DNA of 64,000 nt from an uncultured Candidatus Bathyarchaeia archaeon (GCA_964589605.1 CAZPRN010000002.1:45180-109179), one strand, 5' to 3'; counted from the stretch's first letter, positions 26,979 to 36,369 are shown. Notes: generated from the sequence alone by a model not told the origin. Made by a program: numbers and translations.

Positions 26979-27422
26979 TTATCCTACCTTGAACTTTAGG
27001 ACGTTCTGGGCTGCCCTATAGGTCTCGTCGCCGTTGTATCTAACGATGGCCTTCCACTCTCCGGGTATCACCGCGTCTACGTCCACGAGCTTGTGCTCAA
27101 AGCTTGCTCCACACGCTATGCTGCATACTAGGCTATTCTTTTCCTTCTCTGTCTTTGTCCTGATGTCGTCAACCCTGTACACTTCTCCGTTGGGGTCGAT
27201 GATTGTGACTGTTAATGGGGCTGCGTAGACTATTTTTTCACCTGACCATAGGTCGTCGCCGTTTATCCATATCTGTCCTGACATCTCGAAAGCTTCACTG
27301 TATAGCTTGGTTGGCTCACCTGGACGTACTAGTTCGACCACATCGTATGATAGACCTAGTATCGTCGCGCTGAATACCAATGCGAATACGAGTAAATGCG
27401 ATCTTTTCATCATTTCACTCAA
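26979..27422 (-). CDS. Hypothetical secreted protein (signal peptide + beta-rich domain)
   Basis: Signal-like HLLVFALVFSATILGLS. It lies upstream in the same operon as the DUF3179 gene (2-nt gap). Confidence 0.45.
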   Translation of the reverse strand: MSEMMKRSHLLVFALVFSATILGLSYDVVELVRPGEPTKLYSEAFEMSGQIWINGDDLWSGEKIVYAAPLTVTIIDPNGEVYRVDDIRTKTEKEKNSLVCSIACGASFEHKLVDVDAVIPGEWKAIVRYNGDETYRAAQNVLKFKVG

Positions 27423-27661
27423 AAATCATTGTGAAATGGTGCGTTATATACCCCACGTATCAGTGTGAAAACGAATTAATTTTGAATAAAAGCCGTTATT
27501 ATACATAAATCGGTCTTGATATCTTCGTAATTACCCTATAATGCGGCAAAATATTTGATGTTTTCAGCATTTCATCTTGATTTCAACGTGGGCTAGTCTT
27601 CCTGAGCGAATGACTCTGGACGCATGATAAATCAGATATACTCAATTGTTACTTTACATTC

Positions 27662-28105
27662 ATGGTACACCACAAGGTTCTGGAATTCGAGAAAGCGTTC
27701 TGTCTGGTTTTCAGGGATAAGAAGTTGCTAGAGGCTGCTCTTGACCATACCAATCCTGAGTTGAAGAAACAGTACGCGGTTGCTGGTGACAAGTTACTAG
27801 ATTATCTCCTGTTTGATTTCCTGATGGAGCGTGGGTTCTCTAAGGGAAAGCTGGACTGTATCAGGCAGAAGCTGAACAACGACGTGAACCTGGCTAGGAT
27901 CGGTAGGGAGATGGGGTTGGGTGAGTACGTGATATTCCCGGAGAGCGCAACCGAGGAGGAGAAACTGAAGCCAGGGTCGGCTTATTTCAACGACACCCTT
28001 GAGGCGCTGGTGTACGTGGTAATGAAGGATTACGGACTGGAGAAGACAGAGGAGTTCGTGGAGAAGCATGTTCTCTCAACTCTTCCAGAGGACATGTGTG
28101 TATGA
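27662..28105 (+). CDS. RNase III-domain-only protein (no dsRBD; Mini-III-like, signature partly degenerate)
   Basis: It aligns by eye to the bacterial RNase III catalytic domain. FRDKKLLEAALDH matches F.d..LL..ALTH. YAVAGDKLLDYLL matches ExLEFLGDAvL. NDTLEALVYVV matches gDvfEAl.gAiy. The two upstream Glu of the signature are Lys and Ala. Ala occurs at the second position in Mini-III. Confidence 0.6.
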   Translation: MVHHKVLEFEKAFCLVFRDKKLLEAALDHTNPELKKQYAVAGDKLLDYLLFDFLMERGFSKGKLDCIRQKLNNDVNLARIGREMGLGEYVIFPESATEEEKLKPGSAYFNDTLEALVYVVMKDYGLEKTEEFVEKHVLSTLPEDMCV

Positions 28106-28110
28106 GTAGG

Positions 28111-29565
28111 TTACTCTTTTTCCAGTGTTTCCTGGATGGCCTTGAATTGTTCCAGTGCGTCTTCGAGGTTGGCGATGATCTCTGCAGCCAGTACCTCTGG
28201 TTCAGGTAAGTTCTCTAACTCTTCTAGACTGGAGTCCTTGATCCATGTGATGTCTAGGTTGGCCTTGTCTCTCTGGGTGAGTTCCTGGTATGTGTAGGGT
28301 TTGAAGCGTTCTGTCTCGGTTCGCTGGTGTCTGTTCTGGGGGTTATAACATTTGATGAAGTCTTCTAGGTCTTTGTGGGTGAGTGGGTTGGTCTTGAGGG
28401 TGAAGTGTTTGTTGGTTCTGAGGTCGTATATCCATAGGGTTTTGGTCTGGGGGTCCGGTGAGCCGGGTCGGTTGTCGAAGAATAGTATGTTGGCTTTGAC
28501 TCCTTGGGCGTAGAATACTCCTGTTGGTAGTCTAAGTATGGTGTGGCAGTCTGTGTCGTGGAGGAGTCTCTTTCTTATGGTTTCTCCTGCTCCTCCCTCG
28601 AATAGCACGTTGTCTGGGACGACAACGGCTGCTTTTCCCGTGGTTTTGAGTAAGCTTTTGATGTGTTGAAGGAAGTTGAGTTGTTTGTTGCTGGTGGTTG
28701 CCCAGAACTCTGGTCGTTCATAGTCCTGTTTCTCTTTTGCGACGCCGTTTTCGTTGTAAACTGTGACGCTACTTTTTCTCCCGAATGGCGGGTTGGTGAG
28801 TACGTAATCGTAGTAGGTTCCAGGGTGTTTGGCTAGGCTATCGTCTACGGTGATTGGGCTGTGGTCGTTTCCCTCGATTCCGTGAAGGTAGAGGTTCATG
28901 AGGCAGAGCCTTGCTGTGTCTTGCACTATCTCCCAACCGTGGAATGTATCGTGTTTTAGGAAGTCTTTCTGTTCCCTGTCGAGTTCTTTGTCGGAGATGT
29001 GTTTGTGGGCTGCGATGAAGAAGCCACCTGTTCCGACTGCTGGGTCGCAGATTGTTTTCATAGGTTCGGGGTCTATGGCTTCGACCATTGCTTGGATGAG
29101 TGGTCTGGGTGTGAAGTATTGTCCTGCTCCTGATTTGATGTCCTCGGCGTTTTTCTGGAGTAATCCTTCGTAGATTGCTCCTTTTACGTCGATGGGGAGT
29201 CCGTACCATGTTTCCTCGTTGATGAGGGTGATGAGTCTGCGTAGCTTGGCTGGGTCCCTTATCTTGTTGCTGCTTTTCTTGTATATTTCCCCGAGCATTC
29301 CTTTCTTTATTCCTAGCTGGGCGAGGGTTTTTCGGTAATGGGTGTCTAGCTCCATTCCTTCCAGTTTTTCTAGGGTGCTCCAGCTGAATTCTTGGGGTAT
29401 TGTGCTTGGGTTGTTGTATGGTGGCTTGGTTTGTTCGTCAGCCATTTTTAGGAATAGTAGGTAGGTTAACTGCTCGACGTAGTCTCCGTAGCTTACGCCG
29501 TCGTCTCTGAGTACGTCGCAATAATTCCATAGTTTCTGTACTATACTTGCTTCTTCTCCAGCCAT
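28111..29565 (-). CDS. hsdM: Type I restriction-modification system methyltransferase subunit HsdM
   Basis: N-terminal HsdM domain (LWNYCDVLRDDG). Motif I DPAVGTGGF and motif IV NPPFG. Confidence 0.93.
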   Translation of the reverse strand: MAGEEASIVQKLWNYCDVLRDDGVSYGDYVEQLTYLLFLKMADEQTKPPYNNPSTIPQEFSWSTLEKLEGMELDTHYRKTLAQLGIKKGMLGEIYKKSSNKIRDPAKLRRLITLINEETWYGLPIDVKGAIYEGLLQKNAEDIKSGAGQYFTPRPLIQAMVEAIDPEPMKTICDPAVGTGGFFIAAHKHISDKELDREQKDFLKHDTFHGWEIVQDTARLCLMNLYLHGIEGNDHSPITVDDSLAKHPGTYYDYVLTNPPFGRKSSVTVYNENGVAKEKQDYERPEFWATTSNKQLNFLQHIKSLLKTTGKAAVVVPDNVLFEGGAGETIRKRLLHDTDCHTILRLPTGVFYAQGVKANILFFDNRPGSPDPQTKTLWIYDLRTNKHFTLKTNPLTHKDLEDFIKCYNPQNRHQRTETERFKPYTYQELTQRDKANLDITWIKDSSLEELENLPEPEVLAAEIIANLEDALEQFKAIQETLEKE

Positions 29566-30944
29566 TATTTACTCCCCCTCTGAGCCTTAATACGTTCAAG
29601 TAATGCACTTGAAGGTTCATCGTTGGGGTTTTGATGAACAAGACGGCCCTCAAACGCTTTTTTTAGTATGCTTTGTTTGAAAATCGAACACTTAGTCATT
29701 GATTTCGTTATTTCAACCAAGTTTTGATGTATTATTGATAACATAGACTCCAGTGTATCAACGATTATATTCTGTTCTTGAATGGATGGAACTGGAATTT
29801 CATAGGTTATTATATTCTTCTTGCTGATATGTGGCAATTGAGTTCCTGTTTGTTTACCAAGTAAATGTGTAATAAATGAAGGTAGTTGCATAGAATAATA
29901 CAGATAATCCGTAGTAACACGATTATTGGGAATAATCCTTGCCATTCGTTGAACTAATAAGGAGGGTGTATCATTTGACTTGACTTTGGCTAGTTTCAGA
30001 CCCGTGCTAATAATTGGTCTATCCATAGCCAAGATGATGTCATCTTCATTTAGTAGAAGTTTAGAAAATTTATCTAGTTCTGAAAGTGGATAATATTTTG
30101 TATCATCCCATACAAGCTTACCTGGCTGTATGTTTTTTCCTCGTAGTAATTTTATTCCATCTGAACTAAATTTCTCGCTTTTAAACGCGTGACCAACGTC
30201 TATCTGACAGACCTCATGTAATGAAGTTAAAAACCAGTCTTCTGGAACCTCTTTTGAAGTTATCAACGCCTCTTTTCTTGAACCGCTCTGATTCGTTCTC
30301 CATTTTTCTGTTAGTTTTCCTGTGTAGGCTTGTTTTAGGATTGCTAGTCGGTATTGCTCTAGTTGGGTTTGGGAAACTTGGAGGCTTCGTACTCCTGCGT
30401 CCAGTTGGCTGAAAAGCTCCTCAATTCGAGTAACAATACGAACCTGATCCTCAAAAGGAGCTAATGGAAAGTTTAGAGATTCAATATCCCCCCTTTTTAA
30501 ATTATTAATATTCACTCCGCTTGTCCTTTCCATTATTTGTTTTAGATAAAGTGGACTTTGGAAAAAATATCCAAAAAATTCAGGAACTATCAACCCAGAA
30601 GGACGAAGTAACCCACAAAATGCTCCAAAACTCAATTCCTCGTATCCAGTAAATTGAGCAGATTTACCAACTAATCGTTTACTCCCACTTGATGTTGTTA
30701 TTATCACGTCATTTTTTTTAAGAAGTTGGTTTTCTTTGATTTTTACCTTTGGGAGATAGACTAAATCATCTAATGTTATCTTATTTTTTTGAATGTTAGT
30801 AGCCCTTAACACTGGAATGTAATTTTTTTTTATAGACTTTGAAGAATCATTTTTTTTGTACGTAACCCCTCTTAATAATGTAGATAATTCACTTGCTACT
30901 ATCCACATCCATTTTTCTGGTATCTTCGGAGATTTTTTTTCCAT
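29565..30944 (-). CDS. hsdS: Type I R-M specificity subunit HsdS (two TRDs + two conserved helical repeats)
   Basis: Conserved repeats ...LAPFEDQVRIVTRIEELFSQLD...LKQAYTGKL and ...VPSIQEQNIIVDTLESMLS...LKKAFEGRL. There is a 1-nt start/stop overlap with both hsdM and hsdR. The gene is visibly AT-rich. Confidence 0.9.
   Translation of the reverse strand: MEKKSPKIPEKWMWIVASELSTLLRGVTYKKNDSSKSIKKNYIPVLRATNIQKNKITLDDLVYLPKVKIKENQLLKKNDVIITTSSGSKRLVGKSAQFTGYEELSFGAFCGLLRPSGLIVPEFFGYFFQSPLYLKQIMERTSGVNINNLKRGDIESLNFPLAPFEDQVRIVTRIEELFSQLDAGVRSLQVSQTQLEQYRLAILKQAYTGKLTEKWRTNQSGSRKEALITSKEVPEDWFLTSLHEVCQIDVGHAFKSEKFSSDGIKLLRGKNIQPGKLVWDDTKYYPLSELDKFSKLLLNEDDIILAMDRPIISTGLKLAKVKSNDTPSLLVQRMARIIPNNRVTTDYLYYSMQLPSFITHLLGKQTGTQLPHISKKNIITYEIPVPSIQEQNIIVDTLESMLSIIHQNLVEITKSMTKCSIFKQSILKKAFEGRLVHQNPNDEPSSALLERIKAQRGSK
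30712..30940 (-). repeat. Five homopolymeric A tracts (7-9 nt, coding strand) in the first ~230 nt of hsdS
   Basis: Plus-strand T runs counted directly: T8 30712..30719, T7 30784..30790, T9 30823..30831, T8 30850..30857, T8 30933..30940. The last begins at the second codon. Confidence 0.9.
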
Positions 30945-33682
30945 CAGTTGTTTAGCACCATATTAAGTTCGTTCAATATATGATCAATTTCATTTCCAAA
31001 TACTTGGAAAGCATGGTGAAGTCCTCCTTTCTGGTTGAAGGGAACGTTGTCGAAGTCGTCCCGTATTATCTCCACGCTTGTTTTTATCTGGTCTTTAATC
31101 ATCACAAGCCACGCAAGCTGCTCTTCGGTGTAAGCTTTCCCAGACTCCTCCTGTCTCGTCAGCCACTCATTAAACCTCCGATCAACCATGTCCCCGTAAG
31201 GCTCAAGTACCTCTTCCTCATCCAACGCAAAACGAACCAACTGGATAACATCAGCAAACAACCGCTCCACACGAACACCTCTAACCCTATCCCGTTCAAG
31301 CACGTTATACGCCCACCATAACTGCCTCATACCCATCGGAGGCTCCTCCACAGCAGTAGCCAACCTCTTCACAGCATCATAGCTCAGATGCTTAGAACCA
31401 TAAGGCTTGTTATAGAGAATCTGCAAAGCATCCAACTCACTCTGCTTCTCCTCAATCATACGCCTAAAAGCATCAACAAGCCCCTGAGCCTTCTCACGGC
31501 TAGCTGGATCAAACCTAGCCTCAAGCAACTCGTCCCTGCTAACAATGTCGATGGTCTGCTCGTTCTTCCGTTTAACCTCAAGTATAGTGTTCAGCACCTT
31601 CCTGCTTCTGAACAGTTTACACGCCTCATCAGCCAACACATTGTAGGCTTCACCTAGCTGCTCCTCACTTGGCTCCTCGACATCAAACAGCTCCTTTGCC
31701 TTCTCCTCCCTTTTATCAGGGTCAATAGCGTCAAACAAACCTCTGGACATATCGCGTAGGGAAACACCAGTCTCCTCCTCGATAATACTCCGCTCCTCAT
31801 TACTCAGGCGTTTATCCAGACGGGAAAGCCTGTTGCCCAGGCTCATCAAGCTATCAACATCACGGGCTCCACTGGCAACGGCGAAGAAGAGGTGGTCAAA
31901 CTTGATTCCCCTCTTCCTCTCCAGTGGTCTTGAATCCGTTTTATCGCTCTCACATACACCAACCGCATCAACAATAACGAAATGATCTTTGAACTTGGCA
32001 TCAGGAGTAACCCCCTCCAGTGCGTCACCATCAATGGTTCTCGTTCCCCTGCCTTTCATCTGTTCAAAATACACACGGCTCTTCACATCCCTCATGAAAA
32101 GCAGACACTCAACAGGCTTGATGTCCGTCCCGGTGCTAATCATATCCACCGAAACAACAATCCTCGGGTAATACCTGTTCCTGAAATCCTGAAGAAGCGT
32201 ATCCGGTTTAACGCCAGTAGTCTTGTATGTTATCTTCTGGCAGAACTCGTTACCACGCCCAAACTCCTCACGAACAATATGGAGTATATCCTCGGCGTGG
32301 CTGTCATTCTTGGCGAAAATAATCGTCTTTGGTACATGCTCCCTGTCAGGGAATATCTCTGGAAGCCTATCTCTGAACGCCTTAACCACTGTACGTATCT
32401 GGTCCTCAGCAACAACACTACGGTCCAGCTGGGTTCTCTCGTACTCCAGCATCTCGTCAAGCTCCTCCCAGCGACGCTTTCGGGTCAACTTGTCACGCTT
32501 ATCAACGATCTCCCCAGCCTCAACTTCGCTACCATCCTCGGTTATCCTTGTCTTTATCCTGTAAACATCATAACCGACGTTCACCCCATCCGCGACGGCA
32601 CGTTCATGGTTGTACTCCATCACCAGGTTCTGGTTGAAAAAAGCATACGTATGACTACTAGGAGTCGCAGTCAACCCAATGATGAATGCATCAAAGTACT
32701 CCAGCACCTGCCTCCAGAGATTGTAGATACTACGGTGACACTCATCAGTAATAATGAAATCAAAGGTCTCAATCGGGATATGCTCGTTATACTCTACCAG
32801 TAACTCGGACTCAGCCTCAGGTTCCACATGCCACATCGAGTCCTCCTCAATCTCCTCATCCAGCTCCGTACCCTTCAACATCGAGTACATACGCTGGATC
32901 GTACTCACCACAACCTTCGCAGGCTTATCCAGCTTATTGGATCGCAAATGCTGAGAAATATACAGCTCGGGGAACTTACGCCCATCATCCGGGTTCCTAT
33001 ACCCATCAAACTCCCCCTTCGCCTGTTTACCCAGATTATTCCTGTCAACAAGGAACAGGATACGCTTGGCCTTGGCGTGCTTGATCAACCTGTACGCCTC
33101 GGTAACCATGGTGAACGTCTTACCCGAACCCGTAGCCATCTGAATCAAAGCCCTTGGACGGTTACCAGCAAGACTCTGCTCCAGATTGGTTATAGCCTCG
33201 ACTTGGCAACTCCTGAGCCCTTCCACCTTCAACTTCGGCATCTCGCGGAGCCTACCCCTCAAAGTTGAATCTTCCTCGATCCACTCCCTCAATGTCTCAG
33301 GGCGATGGAATGAATACACACGCCTGCTCCGGCTATCCGGATCGCGCAAGTCTCTGAAGAACGTCTCAACCCCTGTGCTCTCATAACAATAAGGTATAGG
33401 ATCAACCCACATTCTCACATAGCCGGGCAGCCCCGTCGTGTACTTCACTGTCTGGACACTGACTCCACCAAGTGTCGTACCTTCCGGCTTCGCCTAAACA
33501 ACACCAATCGCCTTACCGTCAAGGAAAAGCAAGTAATCCGCGGCATCCCTGCCTACGCTGAACTCACGAATAGCGAAGCTATCCTTGGAAAAATCAACCT
33601 TATCATAATCAAAGACGCTCCAGCCACACGCCTCAAGCATCTTATCGATATTCTTTCTGGCCTTCGCCTCGGGACCCGTCAC
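30944..33682 (-). pseudogene. hsdR: Type I restriction subunit HsdR (EcoEI/EcoAI-like) interrupted by one in-frame TAG
   Basis: The 62-aa N-terminal ORF ends ...AADYLLFLDGKAIGVV, followed by TAG at 33494..33496. The same frame continues AKPEGTTLGGVSVQT into the 834-aa ORF. That ORF has QMATGSGKT, ITDECH and an EcoEI-R-type C-terminus. The TAG sits where the Glu of vvEAK (PD-ExK nuclease) is expected. Confidence 0.85.
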
Positions 33683-33810
33683 ACGCCTACCCCGCTAAAT
33701 CACGTTAGAGAATACTAACCTTCAATAAAAAATATCCTAGTCACAGTAGAAACATATAGCTGGAATTTTTTTTCCAGCCTTATTACTAGTGGTTGGATCA
33801 GAAAAAGGAG

Positions 33811-35025
33811 TTACATCTGCTCCTTGAGCAGATCCCCGAGTATCTTGATGCCCTCCACGATGTCATCAATCGACGGGTGGCTGTAGTTTAGCCTCATGTG
33901 GTTGTGCACATCGCTTGTGAAGAAGTTGCTACCAGGCAGGTAGGCAACCCCACGCTCAACAGCCGTCATCAATAGATCAGTGGCGTTCACCTTCTCGGGG
34001 AGCTCAACCCAGAGGAACAGTCCACCTTTAGGCGCGTTCCATTTCGCCTCCTTGGGGAAGTACGTGTCCATGGTCTCCAGCATCACGTCCCGCTTCTTCC
34101 TGTACACCTTCTTCATCTTCACGATCTGGGAGTCAACCTCACCCCTCTCGAAAAGCTTCGCCGCAGCGTACTGGCTTGGCAGCGGGTTGCTGATGATGGT
34201 GCTTCCCTTGGCCTCAGCCATCTTGACGATGAACTCCTTCCTTGCTACGAGCCAGCCGATCCTCATGCCGGGGCTCACGATCTTGCTGAAAGTACTCGTA
34301 TACATGACCCTTCCCTCGTCGTCCCACGCCTTGATGGGCTTGGGCATCTCACCCTCGAAGGTGATGTACCCGTACGGGTTGTCCTCAAGGATGAGGAAAT
34401 CGTACTTCTTTGCCAGCGCGATGATCTTCTCCCTGCGCTCAATAGTGAGCATGCTGCTCATAGGGTTCTGGAACGTTGGGATAATATACAGGAGTTTTAC
34501 CTCCTTCCCCTCAGCCTTAACCTGCTTGATTGTCTCCTCCAATGCCTCCGGGTCCATCCCGTCCTTGTCCAGCTTCGCCTCCCTGATATCCGGCTTGCTT
34601 GGCTCGAAGGCTGTGAGTGCAGATAGATAAGTTGGAGCCCCGACGATAACAACATCACCCGGGTCCATGAAGATACGTGCAACAAGATCCAGCGCCTCCT
34701 GGCTGCCAGTTGTGATCATAACCTCGCTGTACGGATCCGCCTCTATCCCGTGGCCCTTCATCCACTCGCAGACCTGCTCCCTGAGCACCTGCATGCCCGT
34801 GGTGCCCCCATACTGGAGCATTGTCCTCCACTCAGCCTCTGTGGCGCCGTCGAAAGCGGACTTTACCTCCTTCCAAGGGAAGCTCTCCTCGTCGTACATA
34901 CCACCGGTGAGGCCGATGATCTTCTTACCCTGTCTTCTTAGTTCCTCTGCGGCGAGCACCACCGTCGTGAGCACTCCAGGCTCGTATGATGCCCCCAGTT
35001 CCGAGTAATACTTGTCGGGGTTCAA
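33811..35025 (-). CDS. PLP-dependent aminotransferase, class I/II (aspartate/2-aminoadipate aminotransferase-like)
   Basis: STFSKIVSPGMRIGW is the PLP-Lys block. The protein is about 400 aa with a fold-type I layout. Confidence 0.9.
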   Translation of the reverse strand: MNPDKYYSELGASYEPGVLTTVVLAAEELRRQGKKIIGLTGGMYDEESFPWKEVKSAFDGATEAEWRTMLQYGGTTGMQVLREQVCEWMKGHGIEADPYSEVMITTGSQEALDLVARIFMDPGDVVIVGAPTYLSALTAFEPSKPDIREAKLDKDGMDPEALEETIKQVKAEGKEVKLLYIIPTFQNPMSSMLTIERREKIIALAKKYDFLILEDNPYGYITFEGEMPKPIKAWDDEGRVMYTSTFSKIVSPGMRIGWLVARKEFIVKMAEAKGSTIISNPLPSQYAAAKLFERGEVDSQIVKMKKVYRKKRDVMLETMDTYFPKEAKWNAPKGGLFLWVELPEKVNATDLLMTAVERGVAYLPGSNFFTSDVHNHMRLNYSHPSIDDIVEGIKILGDLLKEQM

Positions 35026-35311
35026 TATTTGTCACGATTTAGATGGGTTATTTCATATTAGTATCTTCGCCCGTTCACGAAATATTTCCTAGAGAGTTAA
35101 CGGTGACTGGATTTCTGTTCAAATATCTCCGCTGAAATGAAGAATATTTACGGATATCAATCTGTAGGTGGATGGAAAAGTGGGAATCGATGCACATTAT
35201 AGTACGTTTTTCCAGAACTTGTAGCCTACGTTTTCACTAAATACTATAATTACCGACATAAACCAGTCGTGAAAACTGTTATTAAAGGAATATTTTAATT
35301 CCAATAATGAA

Positions 35312-35361
35312 GTCGAAATGAACGGGCCGCGAATTACCCCCTCAATGCCCTTCATTTCGAC
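35312..35361 (+). promoter_or_regulatory. Long imperfect inverted repeat (15 bp + 1 bulge, 19-nt loop) in the leader of the porG-like gene
   Basis: GTCGAAATGAACGGGC (35312..35327) pairs with GCCCTTCATTTCGAC (35347..35361). It ends 23 nt before the ATG at 35385. Confidence 0.35.
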
Positions 35362-35384
35362 ACATCTTTTCAGAGGAAACTAAC

Positions 35385-35945
35385 ATGGTAGAGGAAATCA
35401 GGCTACACGGCATGGGTGGACAGGGAGTAGTCGCTTGCGGTGAGCTAATCGCCATAGCGGCGAGCTTCGAGGACAAGTTCTGCAGGGCGTTCCCCATGTA
35501 TGGTAGCGCGAGGCGTGGAGCCCCTGTACTTGCCTTCGCACAGATTGGAGACGAGAGCGAGGCAACCCGCTCCATGATTTATTACCCCGAGTACCTCATG
35601 GTTCTGGACCCTTTGATGCCTGAGCAGATGGAGATCACCCAGGGGCTCAAAGACAATGGAGTCATCGTTTTCAACACTGTGAAGACCCCTGAAGAGGCTA
35701 ACGAGATATTCAAGAAGGACCTTCGAACCATGGCGGTGATTGATGCCACGGGTATCGCCGTTGAGACTATCGGTAGACCCATCCCCAACACTGTGATGCT
35801 TGGTGCATTCGCCAAAGCGACCGGGCTCCTCAAATTGGAGAGCATATTCAAGGCAATCGACAAACGGTTCCCCGAAAGGCTAGCCGAGGGCAACAAGAAG
35901 GCAGCCCGGGCTGGGTTCGACAGGGTCGAAGTAATGGAGTCTTGA
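35385..35945 (+). CDS. 2-oxoacid:ferredoxin oxidoreductase gamma-subunit-family protein (PorG-like), stand-alone
   Basis: IRLHGMGGQGVVACGELIA is the GxGGQG motif of the POR/KOR gamma family. No alpha/beta/delta subunit genes are adjacent. Confidence 0.8.
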   Translation: MVEEIRLHGMGGQGVVACGELIAIAASFEDKFCRAFPMYGSARRGAPVLAFAQIGDESEATRSMIYYPEYLMVLDPLMPEQMEITQGLKDNGVIVFNTVKTPEEANEIFKKDLRTMAVIDATGIAVETIGRPIPNTVMLGAFAKATGLLKLESIFKAIDKRFPERLAEGNKKAARAGFDRVEVMES

Positions 35946-36077
35946 GATTATTTGGCGCAGGACGAGTGCCTGTGGAGATCAACCTGAAGCTGGACGAGTA
36001 GGGCAAGCTCCCATGGTACTAAACCCATTTTAACAACTCTTTTACACCTCAATAACCCTTGAATCTTGGTGTAGATT

Positions 36078-36275
36078 TTGTCGCAGGTAAATCTGTCCCC
36101 AGCGGAGCAAAGGGTCTACGAGATGGTCAGCCAAGGAGATGTCATGTGCAGGCAGCTGACGCCGAGGGAGAGCGGTGCAGTGCCCGGCCTAGTCCAGAAG
36201 GGCTTGGTTGAGGTGTACAAGAAGGATGTCTCGCCATACAGGGTCAAGAAGATCAAGTATATCCGCAAGGTCTAA
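36078..36275 (+). CDS. Small putative winged-helix protein (65 aa)
   Basis: LSPAEQRVYEMVSQG...PGLVQKGLVEVYKK resembles a minimal wHTH. It has a TTG start and weak support. Confidence 0.35.
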   Translation: MSQVNLSPAEQRVYEMVSQGDVMCRQLTPRESGAVPGLVQKGLVEVYKKDVSPYRVKKIKYIRKV

Positions 36276-36369
36276 ACTCCCACCTTTTTCCTTCATTAAT
36301 AATTTCCCTGATGGAGACGGCAGGATTTACCTCCTAAAATCTTTAACCAGTTAACATCAACTCTTACTC

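Noticed and set aside
31982-32803. A 273-aa plus-strand ORF, and other long ORFs antisense to or overlapping hsdR. Similar shadow ORFs are 33980..34630, 38609..39163, 44140..44724, 52981..53535, 61708..62190, 11647..12144 and 21288..21767.
   Set aside because: All lie inside confidently assigned genes, on the opposite strand or in another frame. They have Ser/Arg/Leu/Pro-biased, motif-free translations, so they are classic shadow ORFs.
33494-33496. The in-frame TAG in hsdR might encode pyrrolysine or reflect stop-codon reassignment.
   Set aside because: TAG is used as an ordinary stop by many well-delimited genes in this window, including the DapA fragment, the methyltransferase, gins and the second DapA paralogue. 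No pyl genes are seen. The expected residue at this position is Glu (GAG), one substitution away.
35946-36077. A possible remnant of a PorD (delta, ferredoxin-like) gene after the PorG-like gene.
   Set aside because: No frame contains a CxxCxxCxxxCP motif or any ORF of useful length.
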